Source: an uncultured Verrucomicrobiae bacterium
GTDB taxonomy: Bacteria > Verrucomicrobiota > Verrucomicrobiia > Limisphaerales > Palsa-1400
Direction: 5' to 3'
NCBI GenBank assembly: GCA_963707025.1
Contig: CAVPOM010000012.1
Span: 384,001 to 448,000, forward strand
Length of the DNA stretch: 64,000 nt
Both the position numbers and the translations under genes were made by a program. Under the pieces are notes generated by a model that worked only from the letters and a program-made list of their open reading frames with translations, had not been told where the DNA came from and ran no database searches. The number at the start of each line of letters is the position of its first letter. Position 1 is the first letter of the stretch. This document shows, in pieces, positions 20,664 to 31,767 of the stretch.

Positions 20664-22838
20664 TCCGCCTTTTGCGCGAGCCTGAGGATGACGGGACGGA
20701 ACGATTCTATAAGATCGACTTTTTCCGCCTGATCCGCCTTCTGGAGGGCGCGCGGCCGGATTTGCCGCGGGTGGGATTGTCGCGCGTGCCAGCCCAGGAC
20801 TTGGTCCGTTTCTCGCAAAAGCCTTACCAAAACTTCGCCGCCTCATCGGTCCAGGATTTGGAGGCTGGTGAGGGCCGGCCGCCGCGAGTCAGCATCGCCT
20901 TCTTTGGAATGTTTGGGCCCTGTGGCGCCCTGCCCCTTTGTTATACCGAGCATGCTTTGCAACGGCTGGGGCCCAGCCGGGGCGGAGCCAAACCGGCGGA
21001 GTCGTCGAGTGACGGAAGGTTGAAGGCATCCGATTTTCACGATTTACAGGGCTGGGTGCGGCGCCTGCGCCGCCATGAGGACCCGATGAGCCGGCTGCTC
21101 TGGGAGCAGTTGCCATTGTCCCTGCGGCAAAAAGTTCAAGATTTGAACCCGGCCGCCTTCCAGGTTCCGCCCTTGCGCGACGAGTTTATCCGGGAAGTTG
21201 GCCAAGCGATGGCGGAGGCTGACTTGTGGCCTGCGGCGGCGGAGATGGGGCTTGCACCGCCGGCTGAGGTGGCGGAATTGGCGGGGAAACGCGCTGCCAA
21301 GGCTGATTTTTTCCGTGTGAACCGCTATTTGCTTGGTTTGGCGTTCAAAGCGGAGGTGGTGTTCGTCCGGCGATTGGCGGCCAGCCCGTGGGATTTCGAG
21401 TCCTGGCATTTCACCGATCTGACCGGCGTGGTCCGGCAGTGCCGGGACGGAACGGACGTCTTTACGCGCACCCTGCGGGATGAATTGCCGGCCCGAATCC
21501 GCCATTTGCTGGCTAATTTCTCTCCGGGACAATTTGTGGTGGAGCCTTTGTTGAGCGACTTCCTGGGAGCGATCAATGAACTGATCGCCACGGTAGATTT
21601 AATCGGCCTGGGCGCCCGCGCCGAAATGAATCTGCCGCAGGAAATGCGCGATTTAGCCGCCAGCAAACCTTCCGGAGCGGTGTTGGCCAGGCTCAACCGC
21701 TCTTTGGTGGTGCAGGGTTTTAGCGGCAAGATTACGGCCGGTTTCGGCGAGATGCAGCGGGATCGGACCCTGACCCGGTTTTTGGACATCTTTCAGCATC
21801 GCATGGCCTGCCATTTTTACCGCGCCTGGGCGATCAACCAGAAATCAGCCGACTTGGACCGTCCGGACAATCCGAAAGCCGGGGAGCGGCAAAAGTTTCC
21901 CTTTTACCTTTCGTCTCTGCTGGGCGCCGGCCTGGATTCGTCGCCGGTGGACGACGGCATCTCTGCTTTCAGCCGCATTTATTATTCCGGTCATCTCTTG
22001 AGTCAGTCCAGAAGCATGGCTGGTTTGCGGGCCATCCTGGAGGATTACTTCGGGGTTCCGACCCGGCTGGTTCCTTTCGCGGGCCGCTGGCTGCCGTTGC
22101 CGGCGGAGAATCAGTGCCGGGTGGGCCAATGGCCTGCCACCGGAACGGTGGGCCGGTCCGTCATCGTGGGAAGCCGGTTATGGGATTGCAAATTGAGCTT
22201 CCGCATCCGGATGGGGCCGATGGGGCTGGGCGACTTTACCCGCCTGCTCCCGCAACGGCAGATCATTTGCAGCCGGTGCCGCCAGCCGCTCGAGCCGGCA
22301 AGCCGCCAGCAGGCTTTGCTTAACAGGCTGCCGGAAAGCGTGACCAACGCCCTCTCCAGCCAAGGCGGATGTCCCCACTGCCACTACACCGGGCCGGAGG
22401 ACTGGGACACGGAGATGCACCTGGCCGGGGGCGGCCCGGCCGGGGGCTCCAAGAGAATCGTCTGCAAGAAATGCCGCACTCCCTTCGGTCCGGAGGAGCT
22501 GCAAAGCGAGCTGCAAAGCCTGGCGGCCGGGCAGGTGGCCGCCCGCCTGGCCAGGAGCGCCCGGCTGTGCCGCGTGCCTGGCCAGCCGGGGCCGGGATTG
22601 GCGGGTGGTGGAAGTGGGATCCTTCCACCGATTGAAATCATGGATCAAGAATTATTTTGGGGATGAGTATTTTTGGGACCTGCAATTGATCCTGCGCAAG
22701 GAGGAGGCGCCGGCCGCGCAACTGGGCCGCGCGGGGCGTTTGGGGCAGACGATATGGTGCCAGGGCGCTCCCCCCGAAATGGATTTGGAGGACATGATCA
22801 TCGCACCGGAAGACAACTGGCAGCCCGGGAACAACTAG
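20627..22838 (+). CDS. tssG: T6SS baseplate TssG with two large insertions; +1 frameshift near 22561
   Basis: DFFRLIRLLE, FFGMFGPCGALPLCYTE, FLDIFQHR..FYRAW, FRIRMGPM, LGRAGRLGQTIW. Confidence 0.88.
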
Positions 22839-22868
22839 AAAACCGCAACCCCTCAACCCCAGACCCGC

Positions 22869-25583
22869 ATGGCAGAAATTCAACGCGCAACCCTCTTCGG
22901 CAAACTCAACAGCGTCGGCTACAAATCGGCGGAATCGGCCACCGTGTTTTGCAAGCTGCGGGGCAATCCTTATGTCGAGCTGGTCCACTGGCTGCACCAG
23001 ATTCTTCAACTCCAGGATTCGGATTTTCATCATGTCATCCGCTTTTTTTCCCTGGACCCTTCGCGTCTGGCCGCCGATCTGACGGCGGCGCTGGATCGTT
23101 TGCCCCGCGGGGCCACCTCCATCCAGGACTTCTCCCCGCACCTGGAGGAGGCGATCGAACGGGGCTGGGTTTACGCCACCCTGCTCTTTGGCGAGGCCCA
23201 GGTGCGGACCGGCCATGTGATTTATGCCTTGCTGGAAACGCCTTCGGTCAAAGGTGTTTTTCTCGGTCTTTCACGGGAGCTGGCCAAAATCAAGGCCGAA
23301 CGGCTGGCCGATGAATTCGCCGCGGTCACGGCCGGCTCGCCGGAGGAATCCATGGCCGCCTCCGACGGCTCGGGCTTGAGCGCCGGGGCCGCGCCGGGGG
23401 ATGTGGCCGGGGCGCTGGCGCCGGCGGCCATGGGCAAACAGGAGGCCCTGGCCCGGTTTTCCGTTGACTTGACAGAAAAGGCGCGGCAGGGGGAGATTGA
23501 TCCGATCGTCGGGCGGGACGAGGAAATCCGCCAGTTGGTGGATGTGCTGATGCGCCGCCGCCAGAACAACCCCATCCTGACCGGCGAGGCGGGAGTGGGC
23601 AAGACGGCGGTGGTGGACGGCTTCGCCCTGCGCATCGCGGCCGGGGATGTGCCGCCGGCGCTGAAGGGCGTCTCGATCCGCAGTTTGGACACCGGCGCCC
23701 TCCAAGCCGGAGCCAGCATGAAGGGGGAATTCGAGCAACGGTTGCGCCAGGTCATAGAAGAGGCCCAGAAATCGCCCAAGCCGGTCATACTTTTTATTGA
23801 TGAAGTTCATGTGCTGCTCGGGGCCGGCGGCTCCGGCGACGCGGCCAATCTGCTCAAGCCGGCCCTGGCGCGCGGCACCTTGCGCACCATTGCCGCCACC
23901 ACCTGGGACGAATACAAAAAACACATTGAGAAAGACCCCGCCCTCACGCGGCGATTCCAAGTGGTCAAAGTGGAGGAACCCTCCGAAGCCAAAACGGTGC
24001 TGATGATGCGGGGCATCGTGGCGCCCTTTGAAAAGCACCACCGCGTGCAGATTCTCGATGAAGCGATCGAGGCGGCGGTCAAGCTTTCCCATCGTTACAT
24101 CCCCTCCCGCCAGCTTCCCGACAAGGCGGTGAGTCTGATTGACACCGCCTCCGCGCGCGTGGCGGTCAGCCAGCACGCCGTGCCGGCGGCCGTGGATGAC
24201 AACCGGCGGCGCATCCAGGCCTTGGAGACCGAGCAGGGAATTCTACAGCGGGAAACGGCGGTCGGCTCCGACCACGCCGCCCGCCTGGCGGGCCTGGCCG
24301 AGGCACTCGCCCGCGAGCGGACCCAGCTCGCCGAGCTGGAAAAGCGATGGAACGAGGAAAAGGGGCTGGTCAGTCAAATCCTGGAATTACGCGCGCAACT
24401 TACCGGCAAAGACAGCCCGGCGGATTCGCCCGCAGCCGCGGCCGGGACCGGGGCCGCGGCGGGCGGTGACAAAGAGAGCGCGCCCGGCGCCACCGGCGAG
24501 ACGAAGCTGGGGCAATTGCGCCAATGCCAGGAGAAGCTGGCCGCCTTTCAAGGGGAAGCGCCGCTGATTTTTCCCAGCGTGGACCAAAACGCCATCGCGG
24601 CGGTGGTGGCCGATTGGACCGGAATTCCCGTGGGGCGCATGGTCAAAAACGAAATCGAGCAAGTGCTCAAGCTGGCCGACGTGCTGGAACGGCGCGTCAT
24701 CGGCCAGCGGCACGCCTTGGAAACGATCGCCCGCCGCATCCAAACCAGCCGGGCGCGTCTGGACAATCCCAGCAAGCCGGTTGGGGTCTTCATGCTGGTC
24801 GGCCCCAGCGGCACGGGCAAGACGGAAACCGCCCTGACCTTGGCGGAAGCCCTTTACGGCGGCGAACACAACCTGATCACGATCAACATGAGTGAATTTC
24901 AGGAAGCCCACACCGTCAGCACCCTGAAAGGCTCGCCGCCGGGTTATGTCGGCTACGGCGAAGGCGGGGTGCTGACCGAAGCCGTCCGCCGCCGCCCCTA
25001 CAGCGTGGTGTTGCTGGATGAAGTGGAAAAAGCGCATCCCGACGTTCACGAGATCTTCTTCCAGGTCTTTGACAAGGGCCACATGGAAGACGCGGAGGGC
25101 CGGGACATTGACTTCAAAAACACCATCATTATCTTGACTAGCAACGCCGCGCAGGACATCATTATCAACATGTGCAAAGACCCCGACCTGATGCCCAACG
25201 CCGAGGGTATGGAAAAAGCCATGCGCGGCCCTCTGACCAAGGTGTTTCCCGACGCCCTGCTCAACCGCCTGGTCGTGGTGCCCTATTACCCGATCAGCAA
25301 GGAAATGCTCAAACGGATCATCCAACTCAACTTAAAGCGCGTGGAAAAGCGGGTCCTGGAGAACCACGAAGTTCCCTTCACCTACGAGGCCAGCGTGCCG
25401 GAACTGATTGCCAAGCGTTGCAGCGAGCTGGAGCGCGGCGCGCGCATGGTGGATGCGCTCATCACCAACACCCTCCTGCCGGAGATCGGCCGCGAATTTC
25501 TCAACCGCCTCTTCACGGGCGGCGAGATCAAGCGGGTGCATGTCAATGTGAAGGAGGACAATTTCGCGTTTGCCTTTGAGTGA
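22869..25583 (+). CDS. clpV: T6SS ATPase TssH/ClpV
   Basis: [41 protein letters not shown]; ClpV-type N-terminus. Confidence 0.97.
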   Translation: MAEIQRATLFGKLNSVGYKSAESATVFCKLRGNPYVELVHWLHQILQLQDSDFHHVIRFFSLDPSRLAADLTAALDRLPRGATSIQDFSPHLEEAIERGWVYATLLFGEAQVRTGHVIYALLETPSVKGVFLGLSRELAKIKAERLADEFAAVTAGSPEESMAASDGSGLSAGAAPGDVAGALAPAAMGKQEALARFSVDLTEKARQGEIDPIVGRDEEIRQLVDVLMRRRQNNPILTGEAGVGKTAVVDGFALRIAAGDVPPALKGVSIRSLDTGALQAGASMKGEFEQRLRQVIEEAQKSPKPVILFIDEVHVLLGAGGSGDAANLLKPALARGTLRTIAATTWDEYKKHIEKDPALTRRFQVVKVEEPSEAKTVLMMRGIVAPFEKHHRVQILDEAIEAAVKLSHRYIPSRQLPDKAVSLIDTASARVAVSQHAVPAAVDDNRRRIQALETEQGILQRETAVGSDHAARLAGLAEALARERTQLAELEKRWNEEKGLVSQILELRAQLTGKDSPADSPAAAAGTGAAAGGDKESAPGATGETKLGQLRQCQEKLAAFQGEAPLIFPSVDQNAIAAVVADWTGIPVGRMVKNEIEQVLKLADVLERRVIGQRHALETIARRIQTSRARLDNPSKPVGVFMLVGPSGTGKTETALTLAEALYGGEHNLITINMSEFQEAHTVSTLKGSPPGYVGYGEGGVLTEAVRRRPYSVVLLDEVEKAHPDVHEIFFQVFDKGHMEDAEGRDIDFKNTIIILTSNAAQDIIINMCKDPDLMPNAEGMEKAMRGPLTKVFPDALLNRLVVVPYYPISKEMLKRIIQLNLKRVEKRVLENHEVPFTYEASVPELIAKRCSELERGARMVDALITNTLLPEIGREFLNRLFTGGEIKRVHVNVKEDNFAFAFE

Positions 25584-25589
25584 GACCGT

Positions 25590-26450
25590 ATGAGCGATAG
25601 CACCGATGTGTTAGTCAGTTCGCTGAAGCCGTCCTTGGAGAGTTTCGAAGGCCGTTCGCCTTGGCTGTATCTGGACTTTCTGGGACACTTGACCATTGGC
25701 ATCGGCCACTTGGTTCACAAAAAGGGAGGCACACCGCAAGCGCTGGAATCAGGTATAAAACTGGTTTGGTCTTACGGAATGACCCAGATTCGCGCGGATG
25801 CGGGATTTGCCAAAGAATATCTGAGTGTTTGCCGCTCGGCGCCTCCCGGGCCGGTGACAGGCGAGTCACATGCCGCTGTTTACAACCGAACGATGAAAGC
25901 CGCGATTACGCATCTTGGTTCAATAGCATCGTATGGCTCTCTCTTAACGCGGATTGGAGAGAGCACCGGCGCGATAGCGGCTGCTGCTGCGGATAATCCC
26001 CTCGTGCCTGGAGTTTGGGGCTACCCTCTTCCGGCCTCGACGTGCGATCAACAGAATATTAGGGTATTGATTCAGGAGGCGCAAAGCATCGAGCAACTGC
26101 CCGTCGGTTGGAAGCTGCCGGTAGATTATTTCGAATGTTTCAATAGTTTTAAGCTGACTGCTCCGGCGGTTGATAAATTGTTGCAGGACGATATCGGCAA
26201 AAAGATTGTCGAAGTCAAAGGTGAGCCCAGCTTTAAGGAATTTGATGGTTTTCCTGTCCCTGCGCAAGTTGCCGTGCTTGATTTATCATTCCAATATGGC
26301 GCCTGCGGTTTGTCTCATCAGACGGCTTTCGCTGCCGCAGTTAAAAATAAGGAATGGCTGGCGGCTGAGAAAGCATGTCCGACTAATGATGCTCAAGCCG
26401 ACCGCACCAAATTTAGAAAGAACAATCTCCATCAGGCCGCGAAACCGTAA
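25590..26450 (+). CDS. Phage-type (GH24/T4-like) lysozyme, putative T6SS effector or wall hydrolase
   Basis: FEGRSPWLYLDFLGHLTIGIGH gives an E-x8-D-x5-T triad; AQVAVLDLSFQYG; between clpV and vgrG. Confidence 0.75.
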   Translation: MSDSTDVLVSSLKPSLESFEGRSPWLYLDFLGHLTIGIGHLVHKKGGTPQALESGIKLVWSYGMTQIRADAGFAKEYLSVCRSAPPGPVTGESHAAVYNRTMKAAITHLGSIASYGSLLTRIGESTGAIAAAAADNPLVPGVWGYPLPASTCDQQNIRVLIQEAQSIEQLPVGWKLPVDYFECFNSFKLTAPAVDKLLQDDIGKKIVEVKGEPSFKEFDGFPVPAQVAVLDLSFQYGACGLSHQTAFAAAVKNKEWLAAEKACPTNDAQADRTKFRKNNLHQAAKP

Positions 26451-26464
26451 CCAAGGCAACACCC

Positions 26465-28541
26465 ATGCCCGCCACCCAAACACAACGCAACGTAGCCATC
26501 GGCACCGCGCTGGGCGATGATGTGCTGCTCGTCAAATCGGTTGCCATCACGGAACGGCTCGGACGGCTGTTTCAAATCGAGGCGGACCTGGCCAGCGAAC
26601 AGGGATCGGTCAACTTTGACGATATTCTGGGTAAAAACGCCACCATTCGCCTGGAGCTGCCCAATCAGAAAACCCGCTATTTCAACGGCAACGTCAGCCG
26701 CTTTGTGCAGACGCGCATGGAAGGCCGCTACGCCCATTATCGGGCCACGCTGGTTCCCTGGCTCTGGTTCCTCACCCGCACGGCCGATTGCCGCATCTTC
26801 CAGAGCATGAAGGTGCCGGACATTGTCAAACAGGTCTTCCGCGACCAGGGTTTCGCCGATGTTCGCGACGCGCTGACCGGCAGTTATTTGACCTGGGATT
26901 ACTGCGTGCAATACCGCGAGACGGACTTTAATTTTGTCAGCCGCCTCATGGAGCAGGAAGGCATCTACTATTTCTTCGAGCACGAAAACGGCAAGCACAC
27001 CCTCGTCCTGGCCGACGACAAATCCGCCCACAAGCCGTTCCCGGATTACGCCACCATCAACTATCGCGCCGAAGTCACCGGGGTGCGCACGGAGGAATAC
27101 ATTTCCGACTGGATTTTGCAAAAGGAGGTGCAAACCGGCGTCTATAGCCTGAACGATTTCAATTTTACCACGCCGAAAAGTTCCTTGCTGGCCAAGTCGC
27201 AAGTGAGCCAGGCTCATGCCCAATCCAACTTCGAAATCTACGATTACCCTGGTGAATACGACGACCAAGGGGAGGGGCAAAGCCTTTACTCCAAGCTCCG
27301 CATCCAGGAACACCAGGCGCAACACGAAGTCGCCCAGGGCCACGGCAATGCCCGCGGCCTGGCCAGCGGCGCCATCTTCACCCTCGACCTCTTTCCGCGC
27401 AGCGATCAGAACCGCGATTACCTGATCACCGAAACCTACATCCACATCACGGGCGACATCTACGAGGGCCGCGGCGGCGGCGGCCGCGGCGAGTTTTACA
27501 CTTGCGCCTTCAGCGCCATACCGTCGGATGTTCCCTATCGCCCCCCCCGGCTGACGCCCAAACCGCTCATCCAAGGGCCGCAAACCGCCATGGTGGTCGG
27601 AACCAAAGGGGAGGAAATAATGACCGATAAATACGGCCGGGTCAAGCTCCAGTTCCACTGGGACCGCTATAGCAAAGGGGACGAGAACTCCTCCTGTTGG
27701 GTGAGGGTTTCGCAGGCCTGGGCCGGGAAGAACTGGGGAGCCATCTACATTCCGCGCATCGGCCAGGAAGTCATCGTGGAATTCCTCGAGGGGGACCCCG
27801 ACCAGCCGATCATCACCGGCCGGGTTTACAACGCCGTGGCCATGCCGCCCTATGCTTTGCCGGGAGAAATGACTAAGAGGTACTGTCAAGACCAATTCCA
27901 CCAAAGGCGGGCAGGGCTTCAATGAAATCCGCTTTGAGGACAAGAAGGGGGCGGAACAAATCTTCATCCACGGCGAGAAGAACCAGGACATTCGCATCAA
28001 GAGCGATTGCTTCGAATGGATTGGCAACAACCGCCATTTGGTGGTCACGAAGGACCAACTCGAGCACGTCGAAAACAACCGCAATGAAACGGTGGATGCC
28101 GACCACAAGGAGCAAATCGGCAAGGACAGGCATTTGAACGTCACGGGCAAAGAGGCGGTGGCGATTGGCGGCAGCAAATCCCTCACCGTGGGGGGCGACG
28201 TCATTGAGGTGTTCAAAGGCAACCATTCCGAGCAGGTCACCAGCGATTATTATCTCAAGGCCGACAACATCGTCATCGAAGGCATGACCAACGTGACGAT
28301 CAAGGTGGGGCAGTCCTACATTGCCATTGAGGCGGGGGGCATCTCCATCGGCACCAGTGGAACGATGGAGTTGAAGGACAGCGGCGGCTTGACCATCCAA
28401 TCCGACGCCACCGCCACCATCAAGTCCAGCGGAGCGCTCTCGGTCCAATCGCAGGCCTCGGCCGAGCTCAAGGCGCCGCAAACCAGCGTCAAGGGCGATG
28501 CCATGACGACCATCAAAGGCGGCGCCGTCATGATCAACTGA
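26465..28541 (+). CDS. vgrG: T6SS spike VgrG, +1 frameshift near 27880
   Basis: QYRETDFNFVSRLMEQEG, GPQTAMVVG, PRIGQEVIVEFLEGDPDQP; continues as TKSTVKTNSTKGGQGFNEIRFED after deleting one G; ends GAVMIN. Confidence 0.94.
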
Positions 28542-28560
28542 TCCCAAATCCAGCCCCGAC

Positions 28561-28965
28561 ATGCCCAGTCCAAAAAGTGGAAACGCCGGTTCGGCGGTCT
28601 CGCCCGCCGCTCCCGATGCGGCCGTGGACGCCGACGACGCGGTGGCCGGCGACGTTGACCAGGCCCAGGGCGCCTCGGCCACCAAGGCGGCGAGCAGCCA
28701 GGACTCCGTCAAGGTCAAGCCCTACAAACCGCCGCAAACCAAGGAGGAAAAAGCGCAAAAGCCAAGCTGGATCGAGATCGTGATGGTGGATGAACAAGGG
28801 AACCCGGTGCCAAGCCTGGCCTACAGCATCACCCTGCCCGACGGCGAAACCGTGGCCGAGGGCACCCTGGACGACAAGGGCTTTGCCCGCGTGGACGGCA
28901 TCGAACCAGGAACGTGCCAAATCACGTTTCCCGACCTGGACAAGGAAGCATGGGAGAAGGCCTGA
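28561..28965 (+). CDS. 134-aa standalone TTR/carboxypeptidase-regulatory-like protein, copy 1 (putative adaptor)
   Basis: WIEIVMVDEQGNPVP..YSITLPDG..EGTLDDKGFARVDGIEPGTCQITFP; near-identical copies at 33756 and 38083. Confidence 0.75.
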   Translation: MPSPKSGNAGSAVSPAAPDAAVDADDAVAGDVDQAQGASATKAASSQDSVKVKPYKPPQTKEEKAQKPSWIEIVMVDEQGNPVPSLAYSITLPDGETVAEGTLDDKGFARVDGIEPGTCQITFPDLDKEAWEKA

Positions 28966-29060
28966 CAACGCAGAATCTGGTTTGTAGGGAACCCTCGTGC
29001 CCGTCCCGCCCCCGCCCATAGGCGCGCCGGTGAAGTCCGAAAACGCGTCAGGAAAAATGC

Positions 29061-29088
29061 TTGCAAAAAGCCTGAAATGGGCCAAAAT
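29061..29088 (+). promoter_or_regulatory. Possible sigma70 promoter before the cassette-1 LysM gene
   Basis: TTGCAA-N16-CAAAAT. Confidence 0.3.
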
Positions 29089-29123
29089 CAGCCGCAGATT
29101 AGTCGCAGACGCTCTTGTTTTTT

Positions 29124-29867
29124 ATGTCTGAAGACTACGAAGTTCAGGAAGGTGACTGCATCAGCAGCATCGCCCACGAGCATGGTTTCCTCTGGGAAAC
29201 TTTGTGGAACCATTCTGCCAACTCAGGGCTGAACCAGCAGAGGAAGGACCCGAACATCTTAATGGAGGGCGATATTGTCCACATCCCCGACAAGACTAAA
29301 AAACAAGAAAGCGGCGCCACGGAAGCGAAGCACAAGTTCAAGCTCAAGGGTGTGCCAGCCAAGCTCAAGCTCAAACTGATGCGTCCCAAGGCTGGCAGCA
29401 GCCCGCCGGACGCGCCCGCGGCGGATGGTGGCGGCGGGGGTTCCCCCTCGAATGGGGCGGATCCAGATTACAAGGCACCCAAGAACGAGGAAGAACCGAT
29501 GAAGGCAGCGCCCTACGTGTTGGAGGTGGACGGCGCGCCCGTGGCCCAGGGCACCACGGATGGCGATGGTTGCGTGGAGATTCCGATCTTGCCCGACGCG
29601 CGCGCCGGGAAGTTGATCATCAACAAGGGCAGCCCCGACGAGAAAACCATCACGCTTGACCTTGGCGGCATGGACCCAATTGATGAGGTTGCCGGTGTGC
29701 GCAAGCGTCTTGGAAACCTCGGCTATTTCTGCGATGCCGAAGGCCCGGCGGATACATCGGATCTTAAGGACGCGCTGCGAGCATTCCAGGAGCGGAACTC
29801 TCTGGACATCACCGGCAATATCGATGATGCGACCAAAAACAAGCTCAAGGAAAGCCACGGCAGCTAA
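29124..29867 (+). CDS. LysM-like + TTR-like + PG_binding_1 protein, copy 1
   Basis: YEVQEGDCISSIA..DPNILMEGDIVHIP; GTTDGDG; VRKRLGNLGY..ALRAFQERNSLDITG. Confidence 0.8.
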   Translation: MSEDYEVQEGDCISSIAHEHGFLWETLWNHSANSGLNQQRKDPNILMEGDIVHIPDKTKKQESGATEAKHKFKLKGVPAKLKLKLMRPKAGSSPPDAPAADGGGGGSPSNGADPDYKAPKNEEEPMKAAPYVLEVDGAPVAQGTTDGDGCVEIPILPDARAGKLIINKGSPDEKTITLDLGGMDPIDEVAGVRKRLGNLGYFCDAEGPADTSDLKDALRAFQERNSLDITGNIDDATKNKLKESHGS

Positions 29868-29895
29868 ACCGAAATCACTCTCAAAGGATCTTTCC

Positions 29896-31758
29896 ATGCC
29901 TGTCAGCAAAATTAAGATTTCGTTCGTGAGCGTCGGCGTCGCCGATACCGCTGATATCTGGGGCGACGATACGTGGGGATTCTCGGCCAGCATCAACGGC
30001 GACTTCGTGGGCAATGTCATGGATGAGTTCACCGCCAGGGATAAGGGAATTATTGTCCTCCCCGCCAAATGGAGCGCGGAAATCGATGTCAGCCAACAAA
30101 CCAAGTTCATCTACGGTGTGAAAGTGAAGTTTGCCGTCATAAAGTTGGATGGTGTTGACAGTCTTGGAGAGGTCAGCTACGAGTTCAAATACCCTTTTGC
30201 CAGGGGCAAAACGATCTCCATCGATTCGCCCGTGCAGCACGGCCTTTTTGCGGATCACCAATATTACACCCTCCAAGTGAGATTGGATGTGCTGGAGGTG
30301 AAGTCATTTAAACCCAAATTCGGCTCGTGGCAAAACTTCGTGAAAGCCAGCCGCCAGAACAAAAAGAGCAAGACTTTTACGACGGTCTCAGTCAATCAGG
30401 TGCTTCCCCGCGTGGAGGTTTGCCCGGTGGTTCCCAGCCCGGAGTGGCCATCCATGATGCCCAAGCGGCCCGATATCGCCATTAAATCCGGACTGTGGCC
30501 CGGCTTGGATACGCCCCAGAACGCACCCGTCACGCTTTGGCCGCTGCCGCCTCTCAACTCGACCTATAATCCTTCATTAATCCCGATCATCCCCAAGACG
30601 GACCCGGACTTCGCAAAGAAAGTGGCCAAGCTGGCGGTCACCTATTTCGAGCCGGGCGACCTCGATTTGAGCAAGCTGACTTGGAAGGTAAAGACCGGAC
30701 CGTCGGAAATCGTCGGCAGCAACAAGGGCGTCAAGATTAAACTCCTGGGGACGGGGAGTGGCGCCAGCGATCAGTTGACCGAAGTCGAGGTCCGCTGGGA
30801 TGGCCGGAATGGCCCATTGCTCGCCACCTTCCGGGCCTGGGTCGGGAACATCAAGACGGCCATGTACCGCATCAACCTCATCAATGGTCCCACCCCCGCC
30901 ACTAGCGTGGCGTTCCCGCCGCAGGATTACAAAAACCAAGTCGAGATGGCGCGCTGCCTCTACTGGCAGGCAGGCATCGCCCTGGTCCCCGATACCGACA
31001 CGACTTGTTGGGATGGCGCCACCAGGACGGATCCTTCTACTGGTGCGGCGTTGCCCCCGGGAGTGTTTATTGTGCCCGTAACCGACCCAACCTTGACAGT
31101 CAATGTGAATAATTTCGCGCCGACGCCCGCCTCGCGCTTGAACTGCCGGCCCGGCGTTCTGCACGCCGTTTACGTTTGCTCCACGCCCGCCCCCATCCGT
31201 GCGGCGGCCACCGATATACAGGGTGTTGATGGACAGGACTATGCACTCGGCGGCACTCCAAGCTCTTCGTGGGGCCTGCCCAGCGGCGTGCCCCCCGACG
31301 ACCCGGCCGGAACCCTCACGATGAAGACGTTCGCCTCAAGCAATCGTCCATCCAAAAAAGCCGTGGGAGACGATGCTTACGTGACGGCGCGGCACGCCGT
31401 TGATCCGAGTTTCACCGCCGCTTCGATGGCAAAGATCTACGCAGCGGTGTTGCCTTCCGCCTGGACAACCGTTTTCGGGTCGGGCACCGACCCCAATGCC
31501 GGCGTCAACGTAGGTCACGAATTGGGCCATGTCCTTGGCCTCATGCACCGCGGCCACACCAATCAGAGTAAGAAAGGTCCGTTTGGTTCCGATGATAAGA
31601 TCGACTGTATGGGCATGGACGGCGTGGCGCGCGGACATCCATGGCACGAGAACATCATGACCTACGGCTACGCGGGAAATACCGGCGGCGTCACGCGCGC
31701 GCAGGACATTGACCTCCTCCAAACGGCGGTCATCCGCAAACACCCTGCCTGCAAGTGA
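29896..31758 (+). CDS. Putative T6SS effector with C-terminal metzincin metalloprotease motif
   Basis: HELGHVLGLMH (HExxHxxGxxH) and Met-turn ENIMTYG; no signal peptide. Confidence 0.7.
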   Translation: MPVSKIKISFVSVGVADTADIWGDDTWGFSASINGDFVGNVMDEFTARDKGIIVLPAKWSAEIDVSQQTKFIYGVKVKFAVIKLDGVDSLGEVSYEFKYPFARGKTISIDSPVQHGLFADHQYYTLQVRLDVLEVKSFKPKFGSWQNFVKASRQNKKSKTFTTVSVNQVLPRVEVCPVVPSPEWPSMMPKRPDIAIKSGLWPGLDTPQNAPVTLWPLPPLNSTYNPSLIPIIPKTDPDFAKKVAKLAVTYFEPGDLDLSKLTWKVKTGPSEIVGSNKGVKIKLLGTGSGASDQLTEVEVRWDGRNGPLLATFRAWVGNIKTAMYRINLINGPTPATSVAFPPQDYKNQVEMARCLYWQAGIALVPDTDTTCWDGATRTDPSTGAALPPGVFIVPVTDPTLTVNVNNFAPTPASRLNCRPGVLHAVYVCSTPAPIRAAATDIQGVDGQDYALGGTPSSSWGLPSGVPPDDPAGTLTMKTFASSNRPSKKAVGDDAYVTARHAVDPSFTAASMAKIYAAVLPSAWTTVFGSGTDPNAGVNVGHELGHVLGLMHRGHTNQSKKGPFGSDDKIDCMGMDGVARGHPWHENIMTYGYAGNTGGVTRAQDIDLLQTAVIRKHPACK

Positions 31759-31767
31759 ATTCAGCCC

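Noticed and set aside
8015..27885. Programmed frameshifting or phase variation in T6SS genes
   Set aside because: The sites lack slippery heptamers or long homopolymers; only the IS630 A8 site looks programmed
26432..28240. Long minus-strand ORF (similarly 35007-37040 and 10220-11428)
   Set aside because: Antisense shadows of GC-rich genes with no motifs
28541..28561. vgrG and adaptor copy 1 as one frameshifted gene
   Set aside because: The gap is out of frame with a clean stop, and copies 2 and 3 start at the same Met independently of vgrG
29656..29895. N-terminal extension of the metalloprotease ORF
   Set aside because: Overlaps the upstream LysM gene; ATG 29896 is the more plausible start
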